Shown here: one piece after another, positions 40,190 to 53,619 of the stretch
Position numbering within the stretch: the stretch's first letter is position 1
Layout of the letters: each line of letters starts with the position of its first letter
Origin: Camelus ferus
Lineage: Eukaryota
Direction: 5' to 3'
DNA length: 64,000 nucleotides
Assembly (NCBI RefSeq): GCF_009834535.1
Contig: NC_045697.1
Coordinates: 52,330,001-52,394,000, forward strand
The notes under the pieces: generated by a model
Databases searched by the model: none
Told to the model about the DNA's origin: nothing
Seen by the model: only the letters and a program-made list of their open reading frames with translations
Made by a program: the position numbers and the translations under genes

Positions 40190-40381
40190 CATGGTTGGAA
40201 AATAGCGACTAGTTTTGAATTTTTTCAGAGCCATAGAAGAGGTGTAGGTGCCCAAGAAGAGGATGAAAGACATGAGTGTGATATCAGGAACAAAATCACA
40301 GTTGTTCCCCACGAGCTTTCCTCCATATTTCAAACACTCCTTCTTCGACAAAAGTGCCCAGTCAAAGGTAGTGTTATGGTA
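40190..40381 (-). CDS. SLC4A4: SLC4A4 192-nt coding exon: [64 protein letters not shown]
   Basis: Found by hand. Acceptor CTGCAG, donor ATG|GTAAGT; 64 codons; NTT sequon, two EL3 cysteines and TM6. Confidence 0.96.
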
Positions 40382-41388
40382 CTGCAGAAGAAAAACATGA
40401 CAGCTTTTCTAGATGATGCTGACACATCAAAACAGCTTTTGATACTTGATGGGCTGATAGGGAATTATGCTCAAAGTCTCTGTAAAACAGTCTGAGGATT
40501 AACCACTGGAGGGTGAAACCTGAGGAGGTGTTAACGGAATAACAGGTAGGGGGGGGGGGCAGGAGGCTAGCAATTATTGAAAAGATAATGAGAGTGATGC
40601 AATCCGCTACCGAGTTCGTGCTCCAACCCTACAATCCCCCATCTGTTCAACAGCAACAAACCACAAAGTCCTTCTTTCCTGTGAACCTTTCTGAGAGTAA
40701 ACCGAGACACAATAATTAAGTCTCAAAACACGAGACTCTGTGAAGCAACTTTGTTGTTCAAAAAGTACTTACTTTTGTGGTGCCTGGCTTCTTGTGCTCC
40801 AAGCTAATGGTCCTATAGTTAATGCTCCAAAGGTTGTATCTGGTCAATTAATTTACCCAGCACTTTCACAAATGAGCTATTTCTTTCCTGAATATCTACA
40901 GAGTGGTGACTTAAGGAATTAAACTATAAAAATGTTGGAGATTTCTGCTTTTTCAGTTACATACCTTAATAAAATACAGCTTTTTTCTCATTGACTCCAG
41001 GTCAGCACCACGAGCACCCACTACTGGAATGTGCTGTGATGGGCTGTGGAGTTGGGGATGGGATCTCTGTTCCCGTGTTACTTGGCCTCAAATTCATTTC
41101 AATTTTCAAATTTTCTTCTACCTCATGATTTGTTGTCATGTTGTCAGTGCTGTACATTTTGATAACAGCTCACTCCTGTTTCTATCTGCTGTTCTAACAT
41201 GCAAGAGAATCACTGGGCTAGCACAGTAGATAAGGCCAGTGCAACCAACCTCCAGCTGCTCTGAGTTGTAGCTGCTATCAGCTTACAGCTGCCTCCTTCT
41301 CTAGACAGCTGCCTTTTGCTGCATCAGAGCTGCCTCACCTGGAAGGATATGCCCCCTTGCAACCTGTTGCTGACCAATGCTAATGGGG

Positions 41389-41653
41389 TGCTACTATCTG
41401 AATAATTGGGCTCCATGAAAATTCATATGCTGAAACCTAATTCCCTATGTGATGGTATTTGGAAGAAGGGCCTTTGGAAGGAGATTAGATCATGAGGGTG
41501 GAGCCTTCATGAATGGGATTAGTGCCCTTGTGAAAAAGATCCCAGAGAGCTCCCTGTCCGCCATTTGAGGACACAATGAGAAGACTGGCAATGAGCCAGG
41601 AAAGAGAGCTTCACAAAACATCGAATCTGCCAGTGCCATGATGTTGGACTTCC
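41389..41653 (+). mobile_element. MaLR LTR (MLT1A-like), 3'-truncated
   Basis: AAAATTCATATGCTGAAACCTAA...GTGATGGTATTTGGAAG...CATGAGGGTGGAGCCTTCATGAATGGGATTAGTGCCCTT; stops at TTGGACTTCC. Confidence 0.85.
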
Positions 41654-43231
41654 TCCTAGGTCCAGGGTTAATGGCTATGTCATGTGCTAACAGAAGAGTA
41701 ATTTGACAATAAATAAAGATAAATTTTTCCTGTCCTTTGGGGCAAGAGTTCTACCTCATACCAAATGCATCACCAGTATCCCTTACTAGTCACGAATTCT
41801 CATGATATAAGTAATCTAGTCATAAAAGATGATCATGCACATGCAAGAAGACTCTCTGGCCAGAAGGAATTCATATTTTTATAGAGCTCAAAGGTAAAGT
41901 TCTTACTTAAGTCAGGGGGAAAAACAACTCTAGACATTTCCCTGAAATATTAGTTTCAACGTGTAAACAGCTGAATTGCACAATTACTCTTTAATCAAAC
42001 TCTACTTCTGAGAGGTGATTAATCACTTCTCATTTTGTTTTTCAGATTTCTGCATATGAGTGTTTTTAGCACAGTATATTTCAGGATTAGAGGTCATAAG
42101 AGGTAACAGATTTCTTTTGTTTTAAAATCAGCAAAAATTTACCATAATTTCACTTTTATTTCAGCACTTTAATGTCAGCAGAATCGTTCGTAGCTGGAGC
42201 TTCCCAAAGTGGTGAGCAGCGTGGAAACAATCCCATCAGGCAGTTTTATTGATTTGCTGACTGAGATTCAGGCTGAGGTATAAACTACATAGATGTGCAT
42301 GAAGTGATAGACATGTTCCCTTGTTTATGATCAACTTAAAATGCCAACATCACTAGTTTGTATACCTCAAATGATTCTCTGTGTCACTGAACAGAAAAGT
42401 TAGCCTCCAAACACCATCTTTCACTAAGAGCTTCAGTATAAAAACTTCAGGCAGCATGTATGCATAAGTATCTATGTCTTAATATACAGTTTCCCATTCC
42501 CATAAAACTTAAACTCTAGCTAGTAAGGAATTCTACTTAAATATCACTGGAAAAGCATCTATATTTTTTCCATTTCTCAGTGTTATTATTCCATATAAGC
42601 TGCTATCAATGAATGTGAACTCCATAAAACTTCAGGCAAAACCTGTATCAAGAACTAAGCATTAAGACCGAGCATGATTCATCTGTTAATGGTGTACACA
42701 AGGAAACATGCAAAGTAGAGTGTTCAATAATTAGCTGATAATTTAATCATCACAGATACCGATTTATGTAATTTTTATTACAACATATCTCAATATATTT
42801 GTGAAACAGATACTTTTGCATAAAAATTATATTTTTTGCTTCAGAGGTCAATTTTGCCTTGCCCAGGTAAGGGGTACATTAAAAACAAGAGAAACTGCGC
42901 TGATACCAGTTGCCACTTGCAAAATCTAATGGTTTCCAAATTTTTATCATCAGCAAACACCTTTTTCATGTAAAATTTATGCAGAGCCCCAATAATTAAA
43001 ACTGAGCTATTCTGCCTTTACACCAGTGAGGAGGCATTTAAGTCTGTCTCTCAACACATCTACCTACCTCAAGGCAGCCCCTGACTCACCTCTCTGGATT
43101 CCCAGCTCAGTCTGAGAGGAATGTTGCTTTAAAAACAATGCCGTTTCATTTAAAGTTATCCACCTACCTCTCTCTCTGTCTACCCATCTCTTATTAAAAG
43201 TTATCTAAAATTACCATGAATAGTTTAATCC

Positions 43232-43450
43232 CAGAATCAGCAAACTACATCTCACAGATGAAATTCTGCCACCCTCCTCCCCTGTTTCTGTAAATAAAAG
43301 TTTTATTGAAACACAGTCATGCTCATTGATTTACATATTGTTCACAGCCGCTTTCTGCTACAACTGTAGCACTGAGGGATTTCAACAGAGACTGGCCCAC
43401 AAATCCTAACATATCTACTATCTGTTCCTTTACAGAAAAAGGTTTAATTT
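43232..43450. mobile_element. MER58A-like hAT DNA transposon
   Basis: CAGCAAACTAC...CTGTTTCTGTAAATAAAAGTTTTATTGAAACACAGTCATGCTCATT...CCTTTACAGAAAAAG. Confidence 0.8.
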
Positions 43451-44379
43451 CTTGTCCAGGGCTCCTATGTTACTTTTACATTATTCTTTTAAATGAAATC
43501 TTCATGATTTCAGCAGAATAGTACATTACACATTTTTGTTTGGCAGCCTTTTACACTTATTATTTCATGAACAGTGTTTTTGATACTAACTGATTGATTT
43601 TAAGTAATTTTAGTTTTGATCATTTGTAATTTTCAGACTGTAGTAAGTCATAGAATAAGCAAAAAGACGTAAGTGATTCCTCCTAAGTTCATTTATTTTG
43701 AAGGAGAGATTGAAAATGTATTAAAGCAGCAGACTGGGAAAATATCTTCATGGGTTTCAATCTCAACTCTATCACTATTCAGGTGAAAGACAGAAAAAAG
43801 TAACTTCACTTTCCTGTGCAGCTACAAAGAGGACCTGTCACTTAGAGTACCAGGAAGATCCTGTGATCATAACTTTAAAAAATGCTCTAAAGTGACTAGC
43901 ATTCTTCGCATGCAAACCAGTCTGATTACGGTTCAGTAAGTCATGGTGGAAAATGTACAACCAAGTGACACTGGCTCCTGAAAGAGGGCAACTCTGTGCC
44001 AGACATACCCAACAGAGATGCCAAGTGACATGAAAAAGAAAGAAATCCCCGAGTCCCCTTAAATATGTAAAATACTGTGTGCGTGTACATTTCTCTGGGA
44101 AGAGCCACCACAGATTTCATTAGAACCTCAAAGGAGCCAGTGATGCATTGCAGCTTCAGAAGTGCTGCTCTAGTGCTGTTATAACTGAGATAATTCTGTT
44201 CTCCTAATATGACATTCTCTGTGTATTTCAGCCACACTCCAACTCTCATTCACTCTGAAAACAACTTCATGCTTTTAGGATTAACAGTGCTTTGTTAACT
44301 CCTCAGCAAATGTTCTCCAATTCAAAGAAAGATTAGTCATTTTGTTATTACTTTTTAGTAAACTATTCTACATCCTACT

Positions 44380-44660
44380 TACATGCTCAGAGGCATTTTA
44401 AACTTCACATGTTCAAAACTAACTCCTAATCTTCCTCCTGAAGCCTGCGACCCTTAGGGTCTTGCCCATCTCTGTTAATAGCAACTTCATCCTCCTACAT
44501 TCTAAGAACAGAAAACCCTGAAATCATTGTTAATTCCTCTCTTTCTCACAAGTTACATTATGGTGAAGACTTTATATTAAAATGTATCACATCTCACCCA
44601 CAACCATGGCTACAAGCCTCTTTCAAGTGATCACTGTCTCCTCTGGGCTTAGGGCAGGAG
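44380..44660 (+). mobile_element. L2 LINE remnant
   Basis: AGGCATTTTAAACTTCACATGTTCAAAACT...CCCATCTCTGTTAATAGCAACTTCATCC. Confidence 0.6.
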
Positions 44661-45909
44661 ACTTTTATCTCATTGCTCTGTCCTTTACTCCTTAGAGGAG
44701 ATTCTCATTTCTCCATAGCTTTGATCTTTATTTCCTATGCAAAATTCTATACACAGGGTTTAAGTGGTTAAATCAGAATCTAAAGAACAAGACAGATAGG
44801 AATATAATCTCAGAGGTCCTCTCTGCCTGTCAGAACTCTCACAGCACGTGACCTCTATTTCTCATGCTGCTTCTAACTTCCTATTAAAAGTACACTGTAG
44901 CTTCCCTCAGTGAGACCATCAGTGTGATAAGCTGGAAATGCTCAGAGAGATGTCCAGTGGGACTGGTGACCTGCAGCTGGAAAAGATGACAAGTTTGGAG
45001 ACATCGACTAAGGAGTTAGCTTCAAAGAACTGATCACTGAAGTAGTAAGATTTAATAAAACTACAAAAGGAAAATGTGCTAGGAGAAAAGAGTGTGAAAC
45101 ATCTCAGGTACCCACAATGGAAGTAGAGACATCACAAGAGAATGATGGGTAAAAGGAAAAGTACAAAGAGTATATTGAAAATGAAAAGAAGGGAAAATGG
45201 GGGAGAGCTGAGAGGGTCAAACGTTGCAGAAATGATAATGAGGAATGAAGACTGAACAAAATCCATTGATATATTTTTATTATTTTTGGTAACTAGAATG
45301 CTTTGGTAATTTCTTGAGCGAGGATTCAAATAAGAGAAATTAGCTGAGAAATGTGGGAGAGTGAAAAATTGAAATGGCAATTCCAGACAATTTTTTTTTT
45401 CAAGAAATACAGTGGCCAAAGGACAGGCTAGAGCATGTAAGCATTACATGACCCAGGCAAGTTCTTCAGGGCTGGTGAAGACTTCTGAGATGCTTGTGAT
45501 GGATGAGAAAGAACCCAGTTATGGGTATGGAAGGATAAAGAGGGTGCTGGGAATAAGAAGGGTGGAGAAAGGAAGATGAAAGATTAAGCTGGAGAGAGAG
45601 ATGGGGGGAGAGTGTGACTAGGACTTGGCCTGTTCAGACCAGAGATGGGTAGAAGCCAGAAATGACAAACGCATAGCATCTGCAGACCCAAGGGACTGTG
45701 TGTTCACCAAAAATAAGAATGAAGAGCTGACCAAGACACGGGCAGAGTCCAATTTAGGATACAGCAGGCACCAAAATAAGCCACAGTTAACCGAATGAAT
45801 GAAATCATTCATCAAGATCCAAATATTTGACATATTTAAGGAAGATACCTATCAATTTATCTATCCTTTCAATTGGAGGACAAAATGAAAGCAAAATAAA
45901 CTTTCACTT

Positions 45910-46100
45910 TAGAGTGATCAGGCAAAATACAGGATTCCCAGTTACATCTGAATTTCAGATAAACAATGAATAACATTTTCAGTATAAGTATGCCCTATGC
46001 AATATGTGGGACATACTTACACTAAAAAAAATTATTCATTATTTATCTGAAATTCAAGTGCAACCATGACTCTATTTTTTTTCTAACTCTGGTGACACTA
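45910..46100. mobile_element. MER53 palindromic hAT element
   Basis: AAAATACAGGATTCCCAGTTACATCTGAATTTCAGATAAACAATGAATAA...GGGACATACTTACACTAAAA...TTATCTGAAATTCAA; long internal inverted repeat as in recalled MER53. Confidence 0.85.
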
Positions 46101-46929
46101 TTTCAATTAGATATAGGCTTTTTTTGAGTAACAAAACAGAAAGTAGAGAAATGTGGCCAAAACAAAACAGAAAATGCATTGGGCCCCAATTATATGGATA
46201 AACTAAGATAAGCTTTAAGGGAGCAATAAAGAAGAACAATTTTGAAAAGGTTTATTAGAGAAATAAAATATGACCACTTAAATATTAGCTAATTATACAA
46301 GGCAGTTAAAGAAAGAGGTGAGTAGATCAGAAGAGGGACTTACTAATTTCATGGAGCACAAAGAAGACAAAAATTAAACTACACCTTGCAAGAAAGACTT
46401 GTCTTTGTAGAACTCTCATACTCAAAAGGCAGTAGGGAGAAAAGTGGCAGGACAACAACTAGGAAGGAATGGCCGAGAGCAACAAAAGCCAATGGAAAAG
46501 GGAATGAAAGTGACAAATTTCGGATGTATATTTCTTCCTGTATTGGCAGAAACAAAGAAGTAAAGCATTAGACAGAGACACACCATGAGCAAAGACGCTG
46601 ATTTAGAGACATACAATGCTTCAGTCACTTACCCAGTAAGTCCTTTAAGTCTACAACTTATCGAATACTCACCAAATGGAAGAACTCACAGTGAGTGCAC
46701 CAGGTGGGCCAAAGCAGAGTGTCTGCATAAACAGGTGTAAGAAAAAGAGGTGCCAAGAAAATGGGACCAAGTTGCTGAGGGTCTTAACCAAGGGCAATCT
46801 CATGAAAAGAGATTTCTACCTATTTTTCTGGATCTCACTGTCTAGAGAATGACCCTGTCTGTATTCAGTGTTTATAAATCTAAAAAGTCAAATATCTACT
46901 GAAGGATTAATTTTAAAATTTAAAATATG

Positions 46930-47084
46930 ACAGCATCCGCCCCAGAGACAAAGTGGGGGATACACGAGAGAGAATGGGCAAAATTCTGACAGTCATCGAA
47001 GCTAGGTGATGTGTAGAGGAGGATTTATTGTATCATTATTCTGCCTATTTAAGTGCATGTTTTAAATTTTCCATAATATTTTTT
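46930..47084 (+). mobile_element. Ancient L1 (L1MC/L1ME-type) 3' end
   Basis: GAAGCTAGGTGATG...TTATTCTGCCTATTT...GTTTTAAATTTTCCATAATA. Confidence 0.55.
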
Positions 47085-47100
47085 AAAGTAGGAACATATT

Positions 47101-47240
47101 GGGGGAGGGTATAGTTCAGTGGTAGAGTGCATGCTTAGCATGCATGAGGTCCTGGGTTCAACCCCTCAGCACCTCCTCTAAAAATAAATAAATAAACCTA
47201 CCCCCCGCCAACCAAAATAAAGGAAAAATTAAAAAAAAAA
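47101..47240 (+). mobile_element. tRNA-Ala(AGC)-derived SINE (Vic-1-like, long form)
   Basis: GGGGGAGGGTATAGTTCAGTGGTAGAGTGCATGCTTAGCATGCATGAGGTCCTGGGTTCAA..., extended AT/C-rich tail; TSD AAAGTAGGAACATAT (47085-47099) / AAAGTAGGGACATGT (47241-47255) at a TTTT/AAAG site. Confidence 0.9.
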
Positions 47241-47779
47241 AAAGTAGGGACATGTAATCTTCAAGGAGATTTAAGGACAGAGTGGTTTTTGCACTGGACT
47301 TTCTTAATGAGAGAAAATCACAAGGATGCTATGCACAAGAAGATTAATATGACATTCCATTTCCCATGAAAATGAATGTTAACTCCTAGAATCACCCTGA
47401 GAGGACATCAAATCAAAGCACTTTTGCTTCCATGTCTGAATGCCAAGTGGAATTTATGAGACTGTAACAGTTCTTAGGCCCACGATTAACAGGATCTCCA
47501 TGTAGACATGATATGCTTCACTGGGTAACACAATGTGCAAAAAAAATTTTAAATAAAAATGAAAGATTTCTATATTGCTCTCCTTGAATATCAACTGGTA
47601 AAATATATGCCTTTATATTTTATATATATAATAGTGAGGGTAAGGTGACAAATAAGTCGCAAGGTTACGTATTTAATGTACTCCTTCAGGGTTTTTCCCC
47701 TGCAGTGGGTAAGCCAGAAGGGCAGTGATCTGTAGTCTTACTTTATGATCTGCAGGATGCATGTGAGCTGCGATTGTCA

Positions 47780-48420
47780 AAACAAATTGGTTGTTCTGCT
47801 TAAGATATAGAAAGTTGCAGGAGACTGTTAGTTGTCCCAAACTTAAGAACCAAAACAAGCCAGATAAGCTATAAAATCACAGTTTAAAAAATTCCATCAG
47901 AGAGGGAAGGATGCAAAGAAACCTAAATAAATTAAATTCCAAAAAGTGACAAGACCTTCATAGGAGAGAAGCGATCGCTGGTGCACAAGCCCTGGCAGAG
48001 CAGCAGGTAGAGATAAACCCACTGTAGATGGAGGTACAGAGAAATAAGCCAAATCTTTAATGAATTTTTAATGGCTGCCTGTAGTCTGGGGTGACAGGCT
48101 AGAATTCCATGGAGCCCCCGGCATCAACCCACCTGCATCCACACACCAACCCTTTCATGGTCTTTGCCAACTGCATAGACTGTACATAAAAGGCTGGAGA
48201 GGTTGGACAGGAGAGCTGAGAGAAACCCCCCCTTAGACACAACATTTCATCAAGTGCAAGGAAGCCACTTTCCTGAGATGGGAAGGAGGACAGGAGAGCT
48301 GAGGGGAATCCCTTGGAGGTATTCAGCTCTCTGACAGGGCTAAGGCATCTGTTCTCTGAAGGCTGGATGTAGAGCAGTTGGGCAAAGAAAGATCTCCCAA
48401 GGCTCAAAAAGCTGGTGCAT
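47780..48420 (+). mobile_element. Probable ancient L1 5' region remnant
   Basis: TTCTGCTTAAGATATAGAAAG...AAGCCAGATAAGCTATAAAATCA...TTCCATCAGAGAG resembles old L1M 5' ends; recognition is tentative. Confidence 0.4.
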
Positions 48421-48439
48421 AATGCAGGAAATAGAGCAT

Positions 48440-48580
48440 TTCACGGGACTTCCTGGGATGATGGAAACACGCTATACCTTGTTTTGGGTGGTGGTTACAT
48501 GAGATAAGAAATTGTCAAAACTCATTACAAAGAGCACATAAGAACTGTGTATCTTAGGTTTTGCCTCAATTTAATTTAAA
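48440..48580 (+). mobile_element. Ancient L1 3' end
   Basis: CTGGGATGATGGAAAC...TTGGGTGGTGGTTACATG...TTGTCAAAACTCAT. Confidence 0.65.
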
Positions 48581-48840
48581 AAATCTCATATGAAAAACAG
48601 ATACTAACTGATCCATTCTAGCACCTTCTCAGAAGAGACTGATGTTAGATTTTGAAATCTGTTCTCTCGCTCTAAGAGCTAGTAAGCAGCACATCTCAAT
48701 GCTGACTGTTGAGATACAGCGTGGATAAGCTGTGGCTGGTCTCAAAGATTTAGAGATCTTTTAAAGAACATTGGTTGCAGGTTGAAGAGATATTCCAAGT
48801 GAGAAAGCTATGGGAAAACTGACAATGGTGAGACAGTTTA

Positions 48841-49452
48841 AAGAATAGACTTACCTTGTGATCCAGCAATCCCACTCCTGGGCATATATCTGGAGGAAAC
48901 TCTAGTTTGAAACAATACATTCACCCCAATGTTCATAGCAGCATAACTTTACAATAGTCAGGACATGGAAACAACCTAAATGTCCACTGACAGATGACTG
49001 GATAAAGAAAATGGACCACTACTCAGCCATAAAAAAGAATAAAATAATGCTATTTGCAGCAACATGGATGAAAGATCAGCATACTAAGTGAAGTCAGAAA
49101 GAGAAAGAAAAATACCATATGATATCACTCACGTGTGGAATCTAAAAAAGAGACATGAACTTATTTACAAAACAGAAACAGACCCACAGACATAGAGAAA
49201 AAACTTATGGTTACGGGAGTGAGGAGGGATAAATTGGGAGTTCAGGATTGCAGATACTAATTACTATAAATAAAATAGACAAATAACAAGGTCCTTCTGT
49301 ACAGCACAGGGAACTATGTTCAATATCTCAGTAACTTACAATGAAAAAGAATATGAAAACAAATATATGTATGTGTATGTATGACTGAAGCATTATGCTG
49401 TACACCACAAACCAATACATTGGTAAACTGACTATACTTCAATTTAAAAAAA
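48841..49452 (+). mobile_element. L1 3' end (ORF2 C-terminus plus 3' UTR and A tail)
   Basis: GATCCAGCAATCCCACTCCTGGGCATATATC, CCAATGTTCATAGCAGCA, TACTCAGCCATAAAAAAGAAT; ends AACTGACTATACTTCAATTTAAAAAAA. Confidence 0.92.
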
Positions 49453-50194
49453 GACACAATGATTCCAACAATAAATGGAAACAATGGGAAATCTGTTTTT
49501 TTCCCTTGAAGGGTGGTGATCTGAGAGTTCTGATCTGCCTAAACACTCTCATGCCCTGTTTCTCCTGCTCTTTTCCCCTGAAGACACACCCACACCACGA
49601 GGAAGAAGAAAGCTTGTCTTCATGCTAATGAAGCTGAAAAGAAAAGGGCTTCCTTCCTCTGACAGGATGTTCTCAGCGCCTTCTGAGAGGGAGTCTCGCT
49701 GGTGCCCAGGGGCCGCGTGTCACTTTTACAGTAACTTCTTTCATAATCTAATTATGGCCGAATGAAAAGAAGGAAGTGAAGTGGCTGACCATGTCCTAGG
49801 AAAGGTTAGCAGAGCCAGTGTGCCTGAAGAGAGGAGCCAGCAGCCTGTCTGAAGCAGTGGCTTCTAATTTCTGCCCTCCACTAACCTGAGTTATAATGGC
49901 AAACAGCCGAGTGGAAGGACAAGCATACCTACATAGAATAAAACAGCACCTAACACTGATGGGGGGACAGGTGTGTGCCAGCCACTCTGCTAAGTTCTGC
50001 CTATTTATTAACCTGGCTCTTCCAGTATCCTGGAGGTAAATACTATTATCACCACCATGGTACGGATGGGAACTGAGAAGGTCCCACAGCCTGCTGAGTA
50101 CTGGAGCGCTGCATATGAAACCAGGCAGTCTGATGTAAGAACTTAGTAGCTCCAAGTCTTTCTACACGACACGCTAGTATGCTACCCCAAAGAA

Positions 50195-50420
50195 TGGAAA
50201 CAGGCAGATTTTGGAGTTAGAAAGCCCTGAGTTCAAATTCCAGTTTTACTATATACTGGTCATATGGCCTTTGGAAAGTCAGCTAACCTTTATAAGCCTC
50301 TGTTTCATCAATAAAATACCAGTAACATATTAACTCACAAAGTTATTGTGATGATTATAGACAATTAACGTAAATAGCCTGGCCCCTAGTTGGTGCTCAA
50401 CTTTAGGTACTATTACTGAT
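50195..50420 (+). mobile_element. MIR SINE remnant
   Basis: TTTGGAGTTAGAAAGCCCTGAGTTCAAATTCCAG...AAGCCTCTGTTTCATCA. Confidence 0.7.
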
Positions 50421-50461
50421 GATAATAAATCATTATCTCTTTAACTCTCATTTCTGGATCA

Positions 50462-50492
50462 TGTGTGTGTGTATGTGTGTGTGTGTGTGTGT
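50462..50492. repeat. (TG)n microsatellite
   Basis: Seen directly, with one TA interruption. Confidence 0.95.
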
Positions 50493-50764
50493 TTAGTGTC
50501 TGTGTCTACACAAAGTATACAAAAAGGAATTGATACAGATAGAAAAGGAGAAATGAAGAACAGAAGAAAAGTTGTTCTTCATAATTACACACACACTACA
50601 TATTTTCCCCCTAATTTCTTCCCTAGAGGTGCTGGACAGAGCAACTTAACATTTTAATTAAGGTATGCCACTGACACACACATGAGGGGACTGTTGTCCT
50701 GGAGCACAGACCATTCATAGGGACTAAAAAAAGGACACAGTTCAATCTGCAAACACTGAAGCAT

Positions 50765-51030
50765 CGTGGTGCAGCAGCAGGACCACAGGTCATGGAACCC
50801 AGACCTCAGTTCAATCTCTGCTCTACTAATGTACGGCTCTGTGACCTGGAGCTAAAAAGGCTGTTTACCTCCCGGAGCTTCAGTTTCTCTCATCTAGAAA
50901 ATGAAGGTAATCTTGCCTGGTAGTTGGTGTTAATGATGATAATACATATTAAGGTTTATAATGATGATAATATGTATAAAACACCTGGTCTCCTGTAGAT
51001 GCTCTATAAATGGCAGCAAAATTACAATCA
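50765..51030 (+). mobile_element. MIR SINE remnant
   Basis: CAGACCTCAGTTCAATCTCTGCTCTACTA...GCTTCAGTTTCTCTCATCTAGAAAATG. Confidence 0.65.
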
Positions 51031-52404
51031 TTATTGTATCTTTATGTCCTCTGTCATAGTTGTACCAGAAGTCAACCACAACTCCCATTTGTTTTCCATG
51101 AATCTTACAATGACATCTTGCTATAATTACAATATCAATTATGAGAGTCTCTCTAGAACTTGCCCAAAGACAGGGCTTAAAAATTCATTAATTTCAAAGC
51201 TTTCCTTGATCAGTTACAAAAAGAATTAAATTAGGAAACAATCTCTTTTTAAGTCACTGGAAGTGAGTGTTTTATTCATTTTTATTGCAAATTAACTTAC
51301 CATTTTAATTAATTACATGTAGAGTTTAAATTTTTAATTAGATTTTAATTAAATTTCTTGAAAGTCTAGAAGGATGTATTTTTCGGTGTTTTAGTCACAT
51401 CCTTTAAGGCACAAGGCTGGCTGACTCAAAGACTGAAAACTGAGCTCTTTTCTGAATGTGCCCTTTAAACATACACGTATTCTCTTACACACACACTCAC
51501 ACACACTCTCAAACATGGAAGAAACAGAGAGGCAAAGTTTGGGGAAAGGCAGAGAAAACAGTAAGTAAAAAAGTGAAGAGAGCCGTTGAATATGAAAACG
51601 AGAGAGAACATGAGAGTTGTCCAGGAAAGATTCAAAACATCATCTTTGAAAGGGGTGACGTGGGCACTCGTTATGCAATATCCGCAGGAGTGTTCTGGTC
51701 TCCTGAGAGATGGGCACTCTATCAATACAAAGTCTTATGGTGTCTGTCTTCATAACTGAGAGATTGATATTCTTTGGTAAGCTTCCACAGCCAGTGCAGA
51801 ACGAGCACAATTGCAAGTCTGAAACAGCACTTTCCCCTTTCTCTCCAACACAAAAGTCTCCTTCCAGGGTGCGAACTTCCATGCAAAACAGCTCATTTTT
51901 AAAGCTTAGTTCCAGTCTCTTAAAGATCCTTGGTTACAAGCCATGGGAAAGGACGTCATGTGACAGAGGCACAGTCCTTTCACAGTGACACGGGAAATGT
52001 CCTGCTACCATCACCCTCAGTGAAGGGAACACAGCACCATCTGGGAGTCAGAAGAATTCGCAATCATACTGGAAACAAAGAAAGGATACCACGCTCTCAT
52101 TTGTCAGCTTACCTCGCTTTCCCTTGTGAAATATTTCAAGGTGACCACTAATGGACAGAACAGTTAAATTTCTGAGAAGGTTTGAAAAGTATGTTGTAGG
52201 AGTAAATACTCACTTCAGTTTAAAAGAAAAAAGAAAAGGAAACAAAGCTGACCAGAACACAGAAAATGTTTTTTCTGTCCCTCCACTTATCACTGGTTAT
52301 TAAATACGTGTTCAGACTAGATTGCTGAATGGTGGGAGATAGCATATGAATATTATAATTAGAATATACAATATGCAAATGATTTGAAATATTAAGTCAC
52401 TTAC

Positions 52405-52475
52405 CATGCCAGTAGAAGAAATAGTTGGCAAATCCTCAGGAGCCAATATGGTATCATTAGATACTGAAATATTAA
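52405..52475 (-). CDS. SLC4A4: SLC4A4 71-nt coding exon, extracellular loop 3: (V)NISVSNDTILAPEDLPTISSTGM
   Basis: Found by hand (not in this frame in the ORF track). Acceptor TTACAG after a pyrimidine tract, donor ATG|GTAAGT; phase 1 in, phase 0 out; carries NIS and NDT sequons. Confidence 0.95.
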
Positions 52476-53619
52476 CTGTAAGAAAAAGATAATTTTTTTT
52501 ACTACAAAAATAAAATTTAAATGAATGATATGCATAATCAGGAAACTAAAAAAGCAGGACTGGGAATTAAAAAATGTCTTCAATAACAGCATAAAGGCAC
52601 AATAAACTTTTCTTTATTGTAACTGTATTCACCTTTCACCTAGACAAAAAAACCAAAAAATTGGACACGTCTGTTGTGCTCTCATCTGGTAAGAAACAAT
52701 GACAAATATTTAAGGAGATGGTATTGTAATTATTTGTTTCAGGTTTTAAAAAAAAAAACTTCTTGGTTACTAAAAGGCACTCAATATATTTTGCCCAGTG
52801 GAAAAAATGGCTGTTAAATAAGTGAGGAAGTTGATTACTGGCTTCATATACAGTCAAAACTCATAAATTGAAGCTTTACTAATTAGGAATTAACTGATTA
52901 GGAATTCTGGAAATTTGGACTTCATTTGAGAAAGGATATCTTGGCACAATGTGTGACAACAACAACAAAGTACTAAATAAATAATAAATTATATAAATAT
53001 AATGGACATGAACAATTAATCTAGTTTTTAAATTATTTTCATATAATTTGGCATCATTTGTAGATTTATTAAGATGTCACTTGCAGAAGAACTCAATTTA
53101 CTTATTAAACCAATCCTCCTTTTCGAATTATTTCATTGTTTTCTATTTATGAGTCTAAAATTAAAACAGTATTTTAAAAGTATTCTATATATAATTACAA
53201 GATCTTTCTTTAACAGATAAATCTTTTCCCTATTATGTGAAGCATTATGTTTTAGAAAATAAATTATTATGCAGAGACTATCCCTAATTTATGGAAATAA
53301 TGTAAAATTACACTTATCAAGTTTTTGTCTTTGAGGATCACAAAATTCATTTAACATCCAAATTGCTAATTATTATTTGGTCCCAGAGCATTCCCCCTCC
53401 ACCCAGTTCCCAAGCCCCTAGTCTGCCTTTTCAGTCTGCCATGTGTTAGGTCCCCCTTATATAAACTTTCAAGGAGAAACAAACAGGTTCCTTTGACTGC
53501 TGAAATTTAGAATATAAGATCCCTGAAGGAAGAATAGAAGGGGCAGGCCTTCATTGCTTTTTCCCAGAATCTGATCAGTCTGGTCCTTCACCAACAGGAA
53601 CACAAAAATATCTGTTGAT

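Noticed and set aside
29115..40559. Homopolymer runs C13 (29115-29127) and G11 (40549-40559)
   Set aside because: Simple runs, error-prone in sequencing, with no supporting context.
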